Under the pieces are notes generated by a model. The model was given only the letters and a program-made list of their open reading frames with translations. It was not told the DNA's origin and did not search any database. The translations under genes and the position numbers were made by a program. Below, piece by piece: positions 1 through 8,480 of a DNA stretch of 64,000 nucleotides. This stretch comes from Bacteroidota bacterium (lineage in GTDB: Bacteria; Bacteroidota; Bacteroidia; Bacteroidales; FEN-979). Each line of letters starts with the position of its first letter. Position 1 is the first letter of the stretch. The stretch is taken from positions 89-64,088 of the forward strand of contig JAPLDK010000075.1 of assembly GCA_026391775.1 (NCBI GenBank), given 5' to 3'.

Positions 1-19
1 GGCCTTCTCAATCAGTTGG

Positions 20-53
20 TAAAAAGAAGAGGGCAGCCTTTTGAGCCGCCCTC
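20..53 (-). terminator. putative rho-independent terminator of the 89..682 gene
   Basis: Minus-strand reading is GAGGGCGGC-TCAAAA-GGCTGCCCTC (9-10 bp stem with one G.U pair) followed by TTCTTTTTA. It starts 36 nt after the stop codon at 89-91. Confidence 0.6.
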
Positions 54-88
54 CTTTAACAATTTTAAGAGCTCAACTATTTTAATGA

Positions 89-682
89 CTACTGTGTTGG
101 AGCAATCGGTTCAACAGGAGCATTTTCAACCGTTGGCTTCTCTTCGGGTGCTTTCTTCGATATTGGCTTACTAAGTTTCGCTGATGTTGCCATCTCATCT
201 ATTCTCTGTTTCTCGGTTGATTTTTTCTTAACGACCTTCTTCACTTCTTTTTTGGGAGCTATCTTAACTTCCGGAACGAGTGCAGCTACTATTTTCACAG
301 TTGATTTCTTCAAAGGAGGAGCCTTATGGACTGCTTTTTTCCCAACTTTAGTCTTGGCAGCAACTTTATTCTGAACCTCTTTTTTTTCTGGTTTCGGAGC
401 AGGTATCGGAGCAGTTTCAACTGCAGGTATCACTACTTTGGCTTTTCTTCCACGTTTCTTCGGAGGAGCTTTCGGTCCAATAACTTTTACCTTTGGCTTC
501 GGTCCTCTTTTCTTATAAACTTTGGGTTCTTTAGGTTCTTCCTTTACGGATTTCGAACGAACTCCTAATTTATTCAGGATGTCAAGGATCTGGTCAACGT
601 ATTCCTTTGCCTGAGCAAGTTCATCCTGATATTGTTCCCGTAGAAATTCGAGTTCTTTTTCACTAAATTTTATTGCTTTCAT
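89..682 (-). CDS. Lys/Pro/Ala-rich basic protein, possibly histone-H1-like or AT-hook-like DNA-binding
   Basis: 197-aa ATG ORF. The N-terminal ~40 aa look helical or coiled (KELEFLREQYQDELAQAKEYVDQILDILNKLG). The rest is a K/P/A/V-rich tail with KKRGPKPK and KKRGRKAK motifs. A terminator lies downstream. Function is inferred from composition only. Confidence 0.5.
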   Translation of the reverse strand: MKAIKFSEKELEFLREQYQDELAQAKEYVDQILDILNKLGVRSKSVKEEPKEPKVYKKRGPKPKVKVIGPKAPPKKRGRKAKVVIPAVETAPIPAPKPEKKEVQNKVAAKTKVGKKAVHKAPPLKKSTVKIVAALVPEVKIAPKKEVKKVVKKKSTEKQRIDEMATSAKLSKPISKKAPEEKPTVENAPVEPIAPTQ

Positions 683-879
683 CTTTCTTGATAATTGTTA
701 TTAGTTTCAGTCGGCTAAATTACGGATTTTCAACTGGAATACAAAACTTGTGTAAGCGTAGAAGTTCATACGTGATTTTCATTTTACACGATAACCAATA
801 TCCAAAGCCTGTCTCAAATTAAAATAAGTACCAACATTACTCTTGGAAATCTAAATCAATAAAAAAAACGTAATGGAGC

Positions 880-1545
880 TTATTCGTTAATCATTGCAAT
901 TGCTCTAACGGGTGAACCGTCGGCATTTTCAACCTTCAGCGGTAAACATTGGAACAAAAAAGCGCAGTCTGGAAGTTTGTCTAAATTAGTTAGGTTCTCT
1001 ATTAAAAGCATCTCTTTCTTTAATAGAATATGATGATTTGGTAAGTTTTCCGGAGTGACTTTAGGTGCCGAGATAATTTTGTCCACAGAGAAGGCATCAA
1101 CACCAACACCTTTAAGTTTGAATCTTGATAACCACTCCGCCGCTTCTCTGGTCGGAATAGGACAATCGTCAAAATAGTCTTTCGTGCCCCATTTAAACTG
1201 CCAGCCAGTAAGAAAGAGGATGAAATCAATCGTTGCTATTTTTTGCTTAAAGGTTTGAAGGTATTTCAAGCTAATTTCTTTCTTATCCTGACAAGGAATT
1301 ACAATTGCACTACCAATGAACTTGTCAACTGGAAACTGGTCAAGTGATTTTGCGTTTTTTAATACATGGCTTGGAGCATCAATATGAGTTCCAGTGTGAG
1401 AAACCATCGTCATTTTAAGTTCCGTAAATCCATCGTTATCAATAGTATTGAGAACTTCAAATGTAGGAGCAATTGTGCCGGGGTAAACTGTCATTTTCTC
1501 ATTAAGAATGCGCGTAAGGTCTATTACTTTATTATTCAAGGACAT
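880..1545 (-). CDS. cyclase-family protein (kynurenine formamidase / arylformamidase-like)
   Basis: Carries the HTGTHIDAPSH motif (HxGTHxDxPxH) of the putative-cyclase family, and the length fits. Start moved from the track position 1578 to the ATG at 1545 (MSLNNKVIDL...). Confidence 0.75.
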   Translation of the reverse strand: MSLNNKVIDLTRILNEKMTVYPGTIAPTFEVLNTIDNDGFTELKMTMVSHTGTHIDAPSHVLKNAKSLDQFPVDKFIGSAIVIPCQDKKEISLKYLQTFKQKIATIDFILFLTGWQFKWGTKDYFDDCPIPTREAAEWLSRFKLKGVGVDAFSVDKIISAPKVTPENLPNHHILLKKEMLLIENLTNLDKLPDCAFLFQCLPLKVENADGSPVRAIAMINE

Positions 1546-1617
1546 AGAAAATTGCTTTTGTTTTGTCAATGTCAACACCGATTACTTTCATATTTATCCA
1601 TTCGTCTTAATGAAATT

Positions 1618-2109
1618 CTAAATCTCCTTTTGAAAAGCTACTACATCAAGTATCTTATTAAATTTTTCCCCTACGTTTTTATAATGGGCACATTTAATGA
1701 AACCTGATTTCTCAAGGAGTGTAATACTCCATTCATTATCCCCTGCAATTATTCCAATCAGATTTCTCAATCCATTTTCTTTTGCTTTTGTCTCCAAGTG
1801 GTTAAGGGCAATTTTTCCGATACCTTGGTTGCAGAATTCAGGCTTTAAATAAACTGTAATCTCTGCTGTCCTATTATAGGCTTGTCGTTTATTGTAGTAA
1901 GTCAGGAAGCAATAACCAACAATTCCTTTGTTCAGATAAATAAGGTAAGATTTATATATTGAATGATTGATATAAATAAATTCCTTCAATTGATCAATCT
2001 GGATGGGTTCTGTATGAAAAGTTGCCGTTGAATGTTCAATATACCAATCATATATATTTTTCACTTCTGATAAGTCCCGCTCTTTTATTTCCTCAAATAG
2101 TATAGCCAT
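1618..2109 (-). CDS. GNAT-family N-acetyltransferase (phosphinothricin-acetyltransferase-like)
   Basis: 163 aa. The N-terminus (IYDWYIEHSTATFHTEPIQIDQL) and the acetyl-CoA loop (NQGIGKIALNHLETKAKENG) are typical of GNAT/PAT enzymes. Confidence 0.75.
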   Translation of the reverse strand: MAILFEEIKERDLSEVKNIYDWYIEHSTATFHTEPIQIDQLKEFIYINHSIYKSYLIYLNKGIVGYCFLTYYNKRQAYNRTAEITVYLKPEFCNQGIGKIALNHLETKAKENGLRNLIGIIAGDNEWSITLLEKSGFIKCAHYKNVGEKFNKILDVVAFQKEI

Positions 2110-2181
2110 TTACAATGTCTTTTTGAATGGGGTAAAACGTCATGGTACCCGATATATAACGATAAGCTGGTATTTGTTTTT

Positions 2182-2793
2182 CTATTCTCCGAGTATTTTC
2201 TTTTTTCTGGCAGTAAATTCTTCCTCAGTAAGTATTCCTTTTTGTTTTAGGACAAATAATTTTTCAATTTCAGCAGCTATATCTCTTTTAGATTGCTGCT
2301 GTGTGCCAGATGAAATTGCGTTTGCTAATTCCTGAGCTTGGGAAATGATTTGAGATTTTTTGTACTCCTCTTGCATTTGAGTAATCGTGTCTTTAAGCTC
2401 TTTGGGCTTTTCTATTGTATAATATGTAGTTGAACCAACTTCTGCTGCGGTTTGAATCTGGACATTCCCATAACCAAAAATTCTACCCCAGACAGATTGA
2501 TTATACGTTACATTATTAATTTTATCTAATGGGCTTTCTTTTGAATTGTAAGAAAATACACCGTCCTCATCAATCACACGTAAATTGGTTACAGCCCAAA
2601 GATTGTTCTTCCTTTGAATAATTTTATACCACAAATAACAAATTGGGATTAAAGGAATAAGATAACCATAACTGCCAATTAAAATCCCCACGATAGTTCC
2701 AAGAACTACATATAATGAAGGTAAAAATAATACTAGCCAGTGAGGTCGAATTAAAAGGACTATATTTTCACCTTTTTTTAATTTTGTTCTCAT
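2182..2793 (-). CDS. membrane protein with bacterial PH (bPH_2/YdbS-like) domain and C-terminal SHOCT domain
   Basis: Two TM helices follow the N-terminus (IRPHWLVLFLPSLYVVLG.., YLIPLIPICYLWY). A PH-like core follows (LWAVTNLRVIDEDG...GNVQIQT). The C-terminus EIEKLFVLKQKGILTEEEFTARKKKILG matches the SHOCT pattern. Confidence 0.65.
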   Translation of the reverse strand: MRTKLKKGENIVLLIRPHWLVLFLPSLYVVLGTIVGILIGSYGYLIPLIPICYLWYKIIQRKNNLWAVTNLRVIDEDGVFSYNSKESPLDKINNVTYNQSVWGRIFGYGNVQIQTAAEVGSTTYYTIEKPKELKDTITQMQEEYKKSQIISQAQELANAISSGTQQQSKRDIAAEIEKLFVLKQKGILTEEEFTARKKKILGE

Positions 2794-3320
2794 AGCAGTT
2801 TAATTTTAAATAAAAGCAATGTGAAAAATGGAACGTGGTATTCATCCAAAGTTTTTGATGTATAAAATTATCATTAAACTAAGTACTATTATCATAGCTA
2901 CCGAATTTTCGTTTTTTGGCTGCCAGAATTGTCTTAATTGTTTTGATTTTTTGTTCGAGCCGTTGCTTTTGAGTGGAAGTCATAAAGTGGTTCTGGATAA
3001 AAGTACAAAGTAAACAATATTATGCATGTACGCAAACCCCATATTGAATTTGTTATTTAGAGGCGATTTAAAACGACAATCTGTTTTTGCAAGCAACAAC
3101 TCCTGAACCAAGGGAGATCATTCGTCATATTGCAGAAAAGCTATCAATTTTTATAAATTTACAGGTGCTGCCATTGCGTATGTGTCTTGGTGAACATACT
3201 ACAGAAATAAAATAACCTTAATAAATTATTTTTAATCAATTGAATATCAACATGTAAATGAAATGTTAAAAAATGTTAAAAATAATTAGCTAAAAATTAG
3301 GAATGAGTGTCTGAATGGCT

Positions 3321-3328
3321 TACCTTTG
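3321..3328 (+). promoter_or_regulatory. Bacteroidota-type -7 promoter box TACCTTTG
   Basis: Exact match to TAnnTTTG, 29 nt upstream of the ATG at 3357. An AT-rich tract with tandem AATGTTAAAAA x2 precedes it. Confidence 0.45.
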
Positions 3329-3356
3329 CACTCGTTATTAAAAAATCAATAAACAA

Positions 3357-3659
3357 ATGAAAAAACTTGCATTAATTTTAGTTATCGGTGCTGTGGCTTT
3401 CATGTCTTCATGCGGTCCCAGCGCAAAAGAAAAAGCAGAAAAAAAACTTGCAGACTCTATCAGAGTTGCTGATTCTATCGCAATGGTTCAGGCTCAACAG
3501 CAGAGAATAGCCGATTCAATTGCTAAGGTTCAGGCAATACAGAAAAAAGTAACTGATTCGATTGCCCATCAGGATTCGATCAAAAAACACCTGATCAAAC
3601 CTGCAAAAGCAGTAAAAGCAGCTAAACCAGCTCCTATCAAAAAAGCCCACAAAAAGTAA
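3357..3659 (+). CDS. small repeat-containing lipoprotein with a Lys-rich tail
   Basis: Signal peptide plus lipobox (MKKLALILVIGAVAFMSSC). It has 5 (A/T)DSI repeats, including the 14-aa units ADSIAMVQAQQQRI and ADSIAKVQAIQKKV. The tail is KPAKAVKAAKPAPIKKAHKK. A promoter box lies upstream and a terminator downstream. Confidence 0.6.
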   Translation: MKKLALILVIGAVAFMSSCGPSAKEKAEKKLADSIRVADSIAMVQAQQQRIADSIAKVQAIQKKVTDSIAHQDSIKKHLIKPAKAVKAAKPAPIKKAHKK

Positions 3660-3682
3660 ATTTTTGATAATGAATTGCAAGA

Positions 3683-3711
3683 AGAGCTCAGTATCACTGG
3701 GCTCTTTTTTT
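3683..3711 (+). terminator. rho-independent terminator
   Basis: AGAGCTCAG-tatca-CTGGGCTCT (9-bp stem with one G.U pair) followed by TTTTTTT, 24 nt after the stop at 3657-3659. Confidence 0.7.
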
Positions 3712-3775
3712 ATGAATAACAAGTACTGTTATTTCAGATTAACCAATTATTATGTACCTCTTTCCCGGAATGGAA

Positions 3776-4053
3776 TTAAATCACAACAACAAAGTTTTCT
3801 GAATCTTGAAATGGAGAAAGTACGTGCTTATCAGCCTCATTGTCATTTTCCTATCTTGTTTCATCGGTCAAATACTGAAACTGATATTCTTTCCCTATTC
3901 GTAATTCAATCGTAGCAGAGCGGGTTCCGTCTCGTCTTTTTCTCATTGGGGTTTGTTCATGATCCCAGTTAATGAAATCTCCAACAAGACAGTTTTTTTT
4001 TTAGAATTAGCCCTTTCCTGAACATCATAACGGTTTAATGGATCGACCATCAT
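3776..4053 (-). pseudogene. decayed CBM48 / AMPK-beta-like glycogen-binding domain gene (frameshift plus in-frame TAG)
   Basis: The minus strand reads MMVDPLNRYDVQERANSKKKTVLL.. in one frame. After a 1-nt frame change near the A10 run (plus-strand T10 at 3993-4002) it reads ..LVGDFINWDHEQTPMRKRRDGTRSATIELRIGKEYQFQYLTDETR-TAG-ENDNEADKHVLSPFQDSENFVVVI-TAA. This matches my remembered CBM48 pattern LVGDFNNW..PM....dG.W...i.L..G.YeYKF.vDG.W..D. The TAG (3851-3853) sits where the conserved Trp is expected. Confidence 0.55.
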
Positions 4054-4066
4054 AGCCGTTGAAAAG

Positions 4067-4348
4067 TTGCAGGATGTCAATGATTTTGTTCAATTTTTAA
4101 CTAACTTGCAAAATTCCTACTACCTAAAAATAAAAAATATGCCTTGGGATTTAAAATATTCAAACTTCGGTATTGCCAAAATCGACAGAAAAAACGTGAA
4201 GGTCTTTAGCGACCCAAATAACTATATTACCATTGGATTGGTTGATGAAGTAGACAATGCCGTTTGGACTGGCGGTGAACTGAACATTACTTTGAAAAAC
4301 GGAGAGGTCAGACGATATAGTGACAGAAATTACTACATCACGATTTGA
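4067..4348 (+). CDS. hypothetical small protein with an internal duplicated motif
   Basis: The track ORF starts at TTG 4067, and the first in-frame ATG is 4139 (MPWDLKY..). It contains two similar units, NVKVFSDPNNYITI and GEVRRYSDRNYYITI. I recognise no homology. Confidence 0.3.
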   Translation: MQDVNDFVQFLTNLQNSYYLKIKNMPWDLKYSNFGIAKIDRKNVKVFSDPNNYITIGLVDEVDNAVWTGGELNITLKNGEVRRYSDRNYYITI

Positions 4349-4480
4349 AACCATTCTTTAATGAATAGCATAGATAGACAATCCACCCAAATCCAGAAAC
4401 CTATGAAAGTCATCCAATTAAAGTTCTGTTTCACCTGAAACAGAAGTCGTATTCATTTTTTACATAGTTAGTTTACACTA

Positions 4481-5398
4481 TTAATTTTCTTTCTTGGCTT
4501 GTTCTTTTTTCAACTCCATAGTCAGCGCTGTTAACCCCGTAAGACCGCCTAATTGCATAGTTTCTATCGCCGAACTGGGTACGATCACTATAGTCGAATT
4601 CTGCTTTAAACCCTCATAAAGCATGTTCATTGCTCTCAGGTGAAGAGCGACAGGATTATCAGCATAAGTCTTAGATGCTTCTCCGAATTTCTCCGCCACC
4701 TGCCGCTCCGAATCTCCTAAGATCACACGAGCCTGCCGTTCTCTTTCCGCTTGAGCCTGCATCGACATTGCATCCTCCAAAGCAGGAGGAATCAGAACAT
4801 CTTTAACCTCCACCGAAATAACATTAACACCCCATGGTTCGGTGCGCTCATCAATGATCCGCTGTAACTCCTTACTGATTTTTTCCCTGCCTTCAAGCAT
4901 GTCTGAAAGCATGGTCTTACCGATGACATCCCGAAGAGCTGTTTGCGATGCCCAACTTATTGCACTTTGATAGTCAGCTACATCAAGGGCTGCTTTTTTA
5001 GGGTCAATAACTTTCCAGAACAGAACGGCATCTACATCCACCGGCACCGTATCTTTGGTAAGGGTTTTCTCTGTTTTGAAAGTTGTCGTGATAACACGTG
5101 TGTCAATCCAGTAAGGTATATCGTCGATGACAGGGATTATAAAAAACAATCCGGGTCCCTTAAGGGAACGAAACTTACCCAACCTCAGTACCACTGCTTT
5201 TTCCCACTGATATGCAACCTTGGTTGCGGAAGAAACAATAATGGCTATAACCAGGGTAATGATTCCCATCCATGTGCTTCCTGCATTATCACCCGAAATG
5301 CGGTAGGATGCATAAGATACTCCTGCTCCGAGGGCAAGAATTACGATGAAGATCAGTGCTGCAACAGAATTAATTCTTCTCATTTCAATAACCTCCAT
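4481..5398 (-). CDS. SPFH/band-7 (stomatin/slipin-like) membrane protein
   Basis: N-terminal TM region followed by an SPFH core (VVLRLGKFRSLKGPGLFFIIPVIDD.. TKDTVPVDVDAVLFWKV.. ALRDVIGKTMLSDML) and an Ala/Glu/Arg coiled tail (MQAQAERERQARV). Confidence 0.85.
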   Translation of the reverse strand: MEVIEMRRINSVAALIFIVILALGAGVSYASYRISGDNAGSTWMGIITLVIAIIVSSATKVAYQWEKAVVLRLGKFRSLKGPGLFFIIPVIDDIPYWIDTRVITTTFKTEKTLTKDTVPVDVDAVLFWKVIDPKKAALDVADYQSAISWASQTALRDVIGKTMLSDMLEGREKISKELQRIIDERTEPWGVNVISVEVKDVLIPPALEDAMSMQAQAERERQARVILGDSERQVAEKFGEASKTYADNPVALHLRAMNMLYEGLKQNSTIVIVPSSAIETMQLGGLTGLTALTMELKKEQAKKEN

Positions 5399-5620
5399 AA
5401 TTTAAGTTCATAAACTGGGGTCAATTTGTATGCTACCCCCTAGACTTCGAATATAACACAATTTTTGGATATTTACTTCTTTTGGACCGAATAAAAACGC
5501 CGGATCAGGCTGACGAATCAAAGTAAGGGTATGTGAATCATAAGATTTAACAGGGAAATTCCATTCCAGAGTACTTCCGGGTAGTTCCGTATCAATTCCT
5601 GCCCAAAACTTGCCCAATGC

Positions 5621-5670
5621 AAAAAAAGTAAACCCCGGAAATGTTAATGTCCGGGGTTTATTTTTTTCTT
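5621..5670. terminator. bidirectional hairpin terminator 3' of tRNA-Phe
   Basis: CCCCGGA-(10 nt)-TCCGGGG stem at 5633-5656. It is flanked by a T-run on the minus strand (TTTACTTTTTTT) and on the plus strand (TTTATTTTTTT). Confidence 0.6.
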
Positions 5671-5674
5671 TTTG

Positions 5675-5747
<73 letters not shown>

Positions 5748-5802
5748 ATCTCCCTAATTGAGAATGGGAGTGCAAAAATAGGAAGAATTTTCAAATTTCC
5801 AA

Positions 5803-5810
5803 TACCTTTG
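5803..5810 (+). promoter_or_regulatory. -7 promoter box TACCTTTG
   Basis: TAnnTTTG match 20 nt upstream of the coaX ATG. Confidence 0.5.
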
Positions 5811-5829
5811 CAGCAAAGCCGTTAAATTT

Positions 5830-6573
5830 ATGGCAACACATTATATGGTCATTGACCTGGGGAATACGAATAAGAAATTCGCTGTATTCAGCAACGGCAA
5901 GCTGAAAGCTATCCGGATAATGCCTGATATCACTCTCCCCAACGTCAGATCACTGGTAAAGGAATATCCGCAGATTACACATTGTATTCTCTCATCGGTC
6001 ATCAGCTATCCGGTTGCCGTGAAAAAATTCCTTCAAAAAAAATTCGTTTTCACCGAGCTTGATGAATTCACCCCCCTGCCTATTAAAAACCTGTATAAAA
6101 CCCCCGCGACTCTTGGCAAAGACAGGCTGGCCGGAGCCGTTGCCGGGCACCTTCGTTTCAGGAATGAGCCGGTACTGGTCATCACAGCCGGATCCTGCAT
6201 CACTTATGACTTCATTAATTCCAGGGGAGAATACCTGGGAGGCAGTATTTCCCCCGGAATTCAGATGAGATTCCTCGCACTGAATACTTTTACAGGCAAA
6301 TTGCCGTTGATATCTGGTAAGAACCGCGCCAATCTTACCGGAACCACTACCCAAGAATCCATTTTATCGGGTGTGATCAACGGTACGCTGGCCGAAGTTG
6401 AAGGGATAATCTCCCAATATATTCAGAAAAACAGGAAGTTAAAGGTTATCCTTAGCGGAGGTGATCTTAATTATTTTGATAAGCGGTTAAAAATTAAGAC
6501 CTTTGCAGTCCCAAATATAGTAATAGAAGGCTTACATCAAATTCTCGAACTGAATGCCGGAACGATTAACTAA
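5830..6573 (+). CDS. coaX: type III pantothenate kinase
   Basis: N-terminal ASKHA phosphate-1 motif (MVIDLGNTNKKFAVF), GKDRLAGAVAG, and the typical ~250 aa length. Confidence 0.88.
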   Translation: MATHYMVIDLGNTNKKFAVFSNGKLKAIRIMPDITLPNVRSLVKEYPQITHCILSSVISYPVAVKKFLQKKFVFTELDEFTPLPIKNLYKTPATLGKDRLAGAVAGHLRFRNEPVLVITAGSCITYDFINSRGEYLGGSISPGIQMRFLALNTFTGKLPLISGKNRANLTGTTTQESILSGVINGTLAEVEGIISQYIQKNRKLKVILSGGDLNYFDKRLKIKTFAVPNIVIEGLHQILELNAGTIN

Positions 6574-7840
6574 AAAATACCTGCTGCTCCCATTGTTCAT
6601 GCTCTGTCTGTATTCAGGTTCGTATGCGCAAATCCGAATTGCTTCCCCTTACTCACGATTCGGCATTGGCGATCTCAGCGGGAACAACAATGCCTGGAAT
6701 TTTTCCCTTGGCCAATCCGGTATAGCCCTTCGCAGCCCGAATCATATAAATTATACCAACCCTGCATCCTACGGCGCTTTCGATTCACTTTCATTTGTTT
6801 TTGAAGGAGGATTCAGTGCAGAATCCGTACGGCTTACTTCCAGGCTCCAGAGTACATCCCGTTCCTACGCCTCCCTTGGCTACCTCTCATTCGGGATCCC
6901 CGTAACCAAATGGTGGAAAACCGCACTCGGGCTGGTCCCATTCAGTGATGTTGGCTACAATGTTGTTAGTGCGGAAGAAAGTAAAACTGCCGGGACAATC
7001 CTCAGGCTATATTCCGGCTCAGGCGGTGTTAACCGTTTTTTCTGGGGAAACGCCTTTAACATTACCAAAGACTTTTCGGTGGGTGTGAATGTTTCCTACC
7101 TTTTTGGGAACATGACCAGGGAATCTGTTGTGTTTTTTACCGATTCCATTCACACCATGAATTATAAGATTGACAGTTATATCACTGTCGGGGATTTTTA
7201 TTATAGTTTCGGTGCACAGTACAGGATCAGGATGAAAAAGGAGATGTCCATCATTCTCGGAGCGGTCTACGCCCCTGGTACGAACATTACTTCTCATGCC
7301 AGCGGGATTGCCCAGACTTTCCTCCTTAGTTCAAGCGGGGTGGAATATCCGAAAGATACTATTGCATTGGTGGATTCATACAAAGGGGCCATTCTTCTGC
7401 CATGGATGGCCGGCTGCGGTATCACATTGCAGAAAACGGATAAATTCCTGATTACTGCGGATTACCGTTACCAGAACTGGAAATCGTTCAGGGCGTTCGG
7501 CCTGAACGATTCCCTGGCCAACAGTTATAAGATCTCGGTTGGTGGAGAGATCGTCCCAAATGCCGATAACTACGCCAGTTATTTTGCCAGGGTCAGATAC
7601 AGGCTTGGCTTTTATTATGACCGCACCTATCTTCTACTCAGGGGCAGGCAGCTTAACGAATACGGCATCTCTATCGGCTTTGGCCTTCCTTTAAGAGGCA
7701 TGAAAACTATGATGAATATCGGCGGACAATTCGGGTCCAGGGGAACTGTCCAGGGTGACCTTATCCGCGAAACATATTTTAAATTCGTTCTTGGTTTCTC
7801 AATTTACGAGCGCTGGTTCCATAAACGAAAATATTTCTGA
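6554..7840 (+). CDS. putative outer-membrane beta-barrel protein (conserved neighbour between coaX and lptC)
   Basis: Signal peptide ending SGSYAQ. Alternating aromatic and Gly-rich strands run throughout, and the C-terminal residue is Phe (..KRKYF). It overlaps coaX by 20 nt and abuts lptC (ATGA). Confidence 0.55.
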   Translation: MPERLTKKYLLLPLFMLCLYSGSYAQIRIASPYSRFGIGDLSGNNNAWNFSLGQSGIALRSPNHINYTNPASYGAFDSLSFVFEGGFSAESVRLTSRLQSTSRSYASLGYLSFGIPVTKWWKTALGLVPFSDVGYNVVSAEESKTAGTILRLYSGSGGVNRFFWGNAFNITKDFSVGVNVSYLFGNMTRESVVFFTDSIHTMNYKIDSYITVGDFYYSFGAQYRIRMKKEMSIILGAVYAPGTNITSHASGIAQTFLLSSSGVEYPKDTIALVDSYKGAILLPWMAGCGITLQKTDKFLITADYRYQNWKSFRAFGLNDSLANSYKISVGGEIVPNADNYASYFARVRYRLGFYYDRTYLLLRGRQLNEYGISIGFGLPLRGMKTMMNIGGQFGSRGTVQGDLIRETYFKFVLGFSIYERWFHKRKYF

Positions 7841-8418
7841 TGACCGTGAAAGCAGGGAAAATTACCCGGCTTATGAGGATCCTGGCCGTTCTGCAGGTTA
7901 TTCTCCTTCTCTTTGCCTCCTGTACCAAAGAAAAAGAAGTTGTTTCAGACAAACTTCACAGCGAGGAAGACCCTTCCATGTCGGCCGGCAATGTTGAAGT
8001 ATTGTTCAGCGATTCAGGCAGAGTCCAGGCCAGGCTCACAGCACCTCTGCTGAATCAGTATGTAGGCAAAAACCCAAGGATGGATTTTCCAAAGGGCTTC
8101 AAAATAATCATGTACGATTCCATTATGCGGGTTAAATCGACCATTACCGCCATGTATGGAATACGATTTGATTACAAGGGATATATGGAAGGAAGAGGAA
8201 ATGTCATTGTAAGGAATGAGATGAAGAATGAACAACTCAATACAGAACACCTGATCTGGGATGAACGCAACCACCGTATATATAATAACGACCCTATAAA
8301 AGTCATCACACCGGGTAAAGTTCTGTATGGCAATGACCTTGAATCAGATGAAACTTTTACACGGTATAATTTTAAAAATCCCACAGGCCAGATGATGGTC
8401 AAGAAAGACTCGGTTTAG
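7840..8418 (+). CDS. lptC: LPS export periplasmic protein LptC-like lipoprotein
   Basis: Lipobox (LLLFASC). OstA-like pattern (VEVLFSDSGRVQARLTAP.. FPKGFKIIMYD.. GNVIVRNEMKNEQLNTEHLIWDE) and the conserved position before the ppiD-like gene. Confidence 0.6.
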   Translation: MTVKAGKITRLMRILAVLQVILLLFASCTKEKEVVSDKLHSEEDPSMSAGNVEVLFSDSGRVQARLTAPLLNQYVGKNPRMDFPKGFKIIMYDSIMRVKSTITAMYGIRFDYKGYMEGRGNVIVRNEMKNEQLNTEHLIWDERNHRIYNNDPIKVITPGKVLYGNDLESDETFTRYNFKNPTGQMMVKKDSV

Positions 8419-8449
8419 GATTTCTCTTTGCCGTTTCCCAAATAATTTC

Positions 8450-8457
8450 TACCTTTG
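8450..8457 (+). promoter_or_regulatory. -7 promoter box TACCTTTG
   Basis: TAnnTTTG match 24 nt upstream of the ATG at 8481. Confidence 0.5.
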
Positions 8458-8480
8458 CGCTCCTTTTAAAACTAAGAATA

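Noticed and set aside
326-568. 80-aa plus-strand ORF inside the Lys-rich protein gene
   Set aside because: It is the antisense reading of an AAG/AAA-rich gene, which gives a Phe/Leu-rich artefact.
2879-2983. 34-codon ATG ORF (MTSTQKQRLEQKIKTIKTILAAKKRKFGSYDNST) upstream of the PH-SHOCT gene; also the antisense 61-aa ORF at 2828..3013
   Set aside because: It is too short to evaluate, has no clear promoter box, and I recognise no homology. The antisense ORF has implausible composition.
3851-3853. In-frame TAG at a conserved Trp position read as possible stop-codon recoding or readthrough
   Set aside because: TAG is used as an ordinary stop by several well-supported genes in this window (glmS, lhgO, alpha/beta hydrolase, lspA). 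The same locus also has a frameshift, so simple gene decay is the economical explanation.
3664-3915. 83-aa plus-strand ORF
   Set aside because: It starts across the lipoprotein terminator hairpin and has implausible composition (C/F/Y/N-rich). The opposite strand carries the recognisable CBM48-like remnant.
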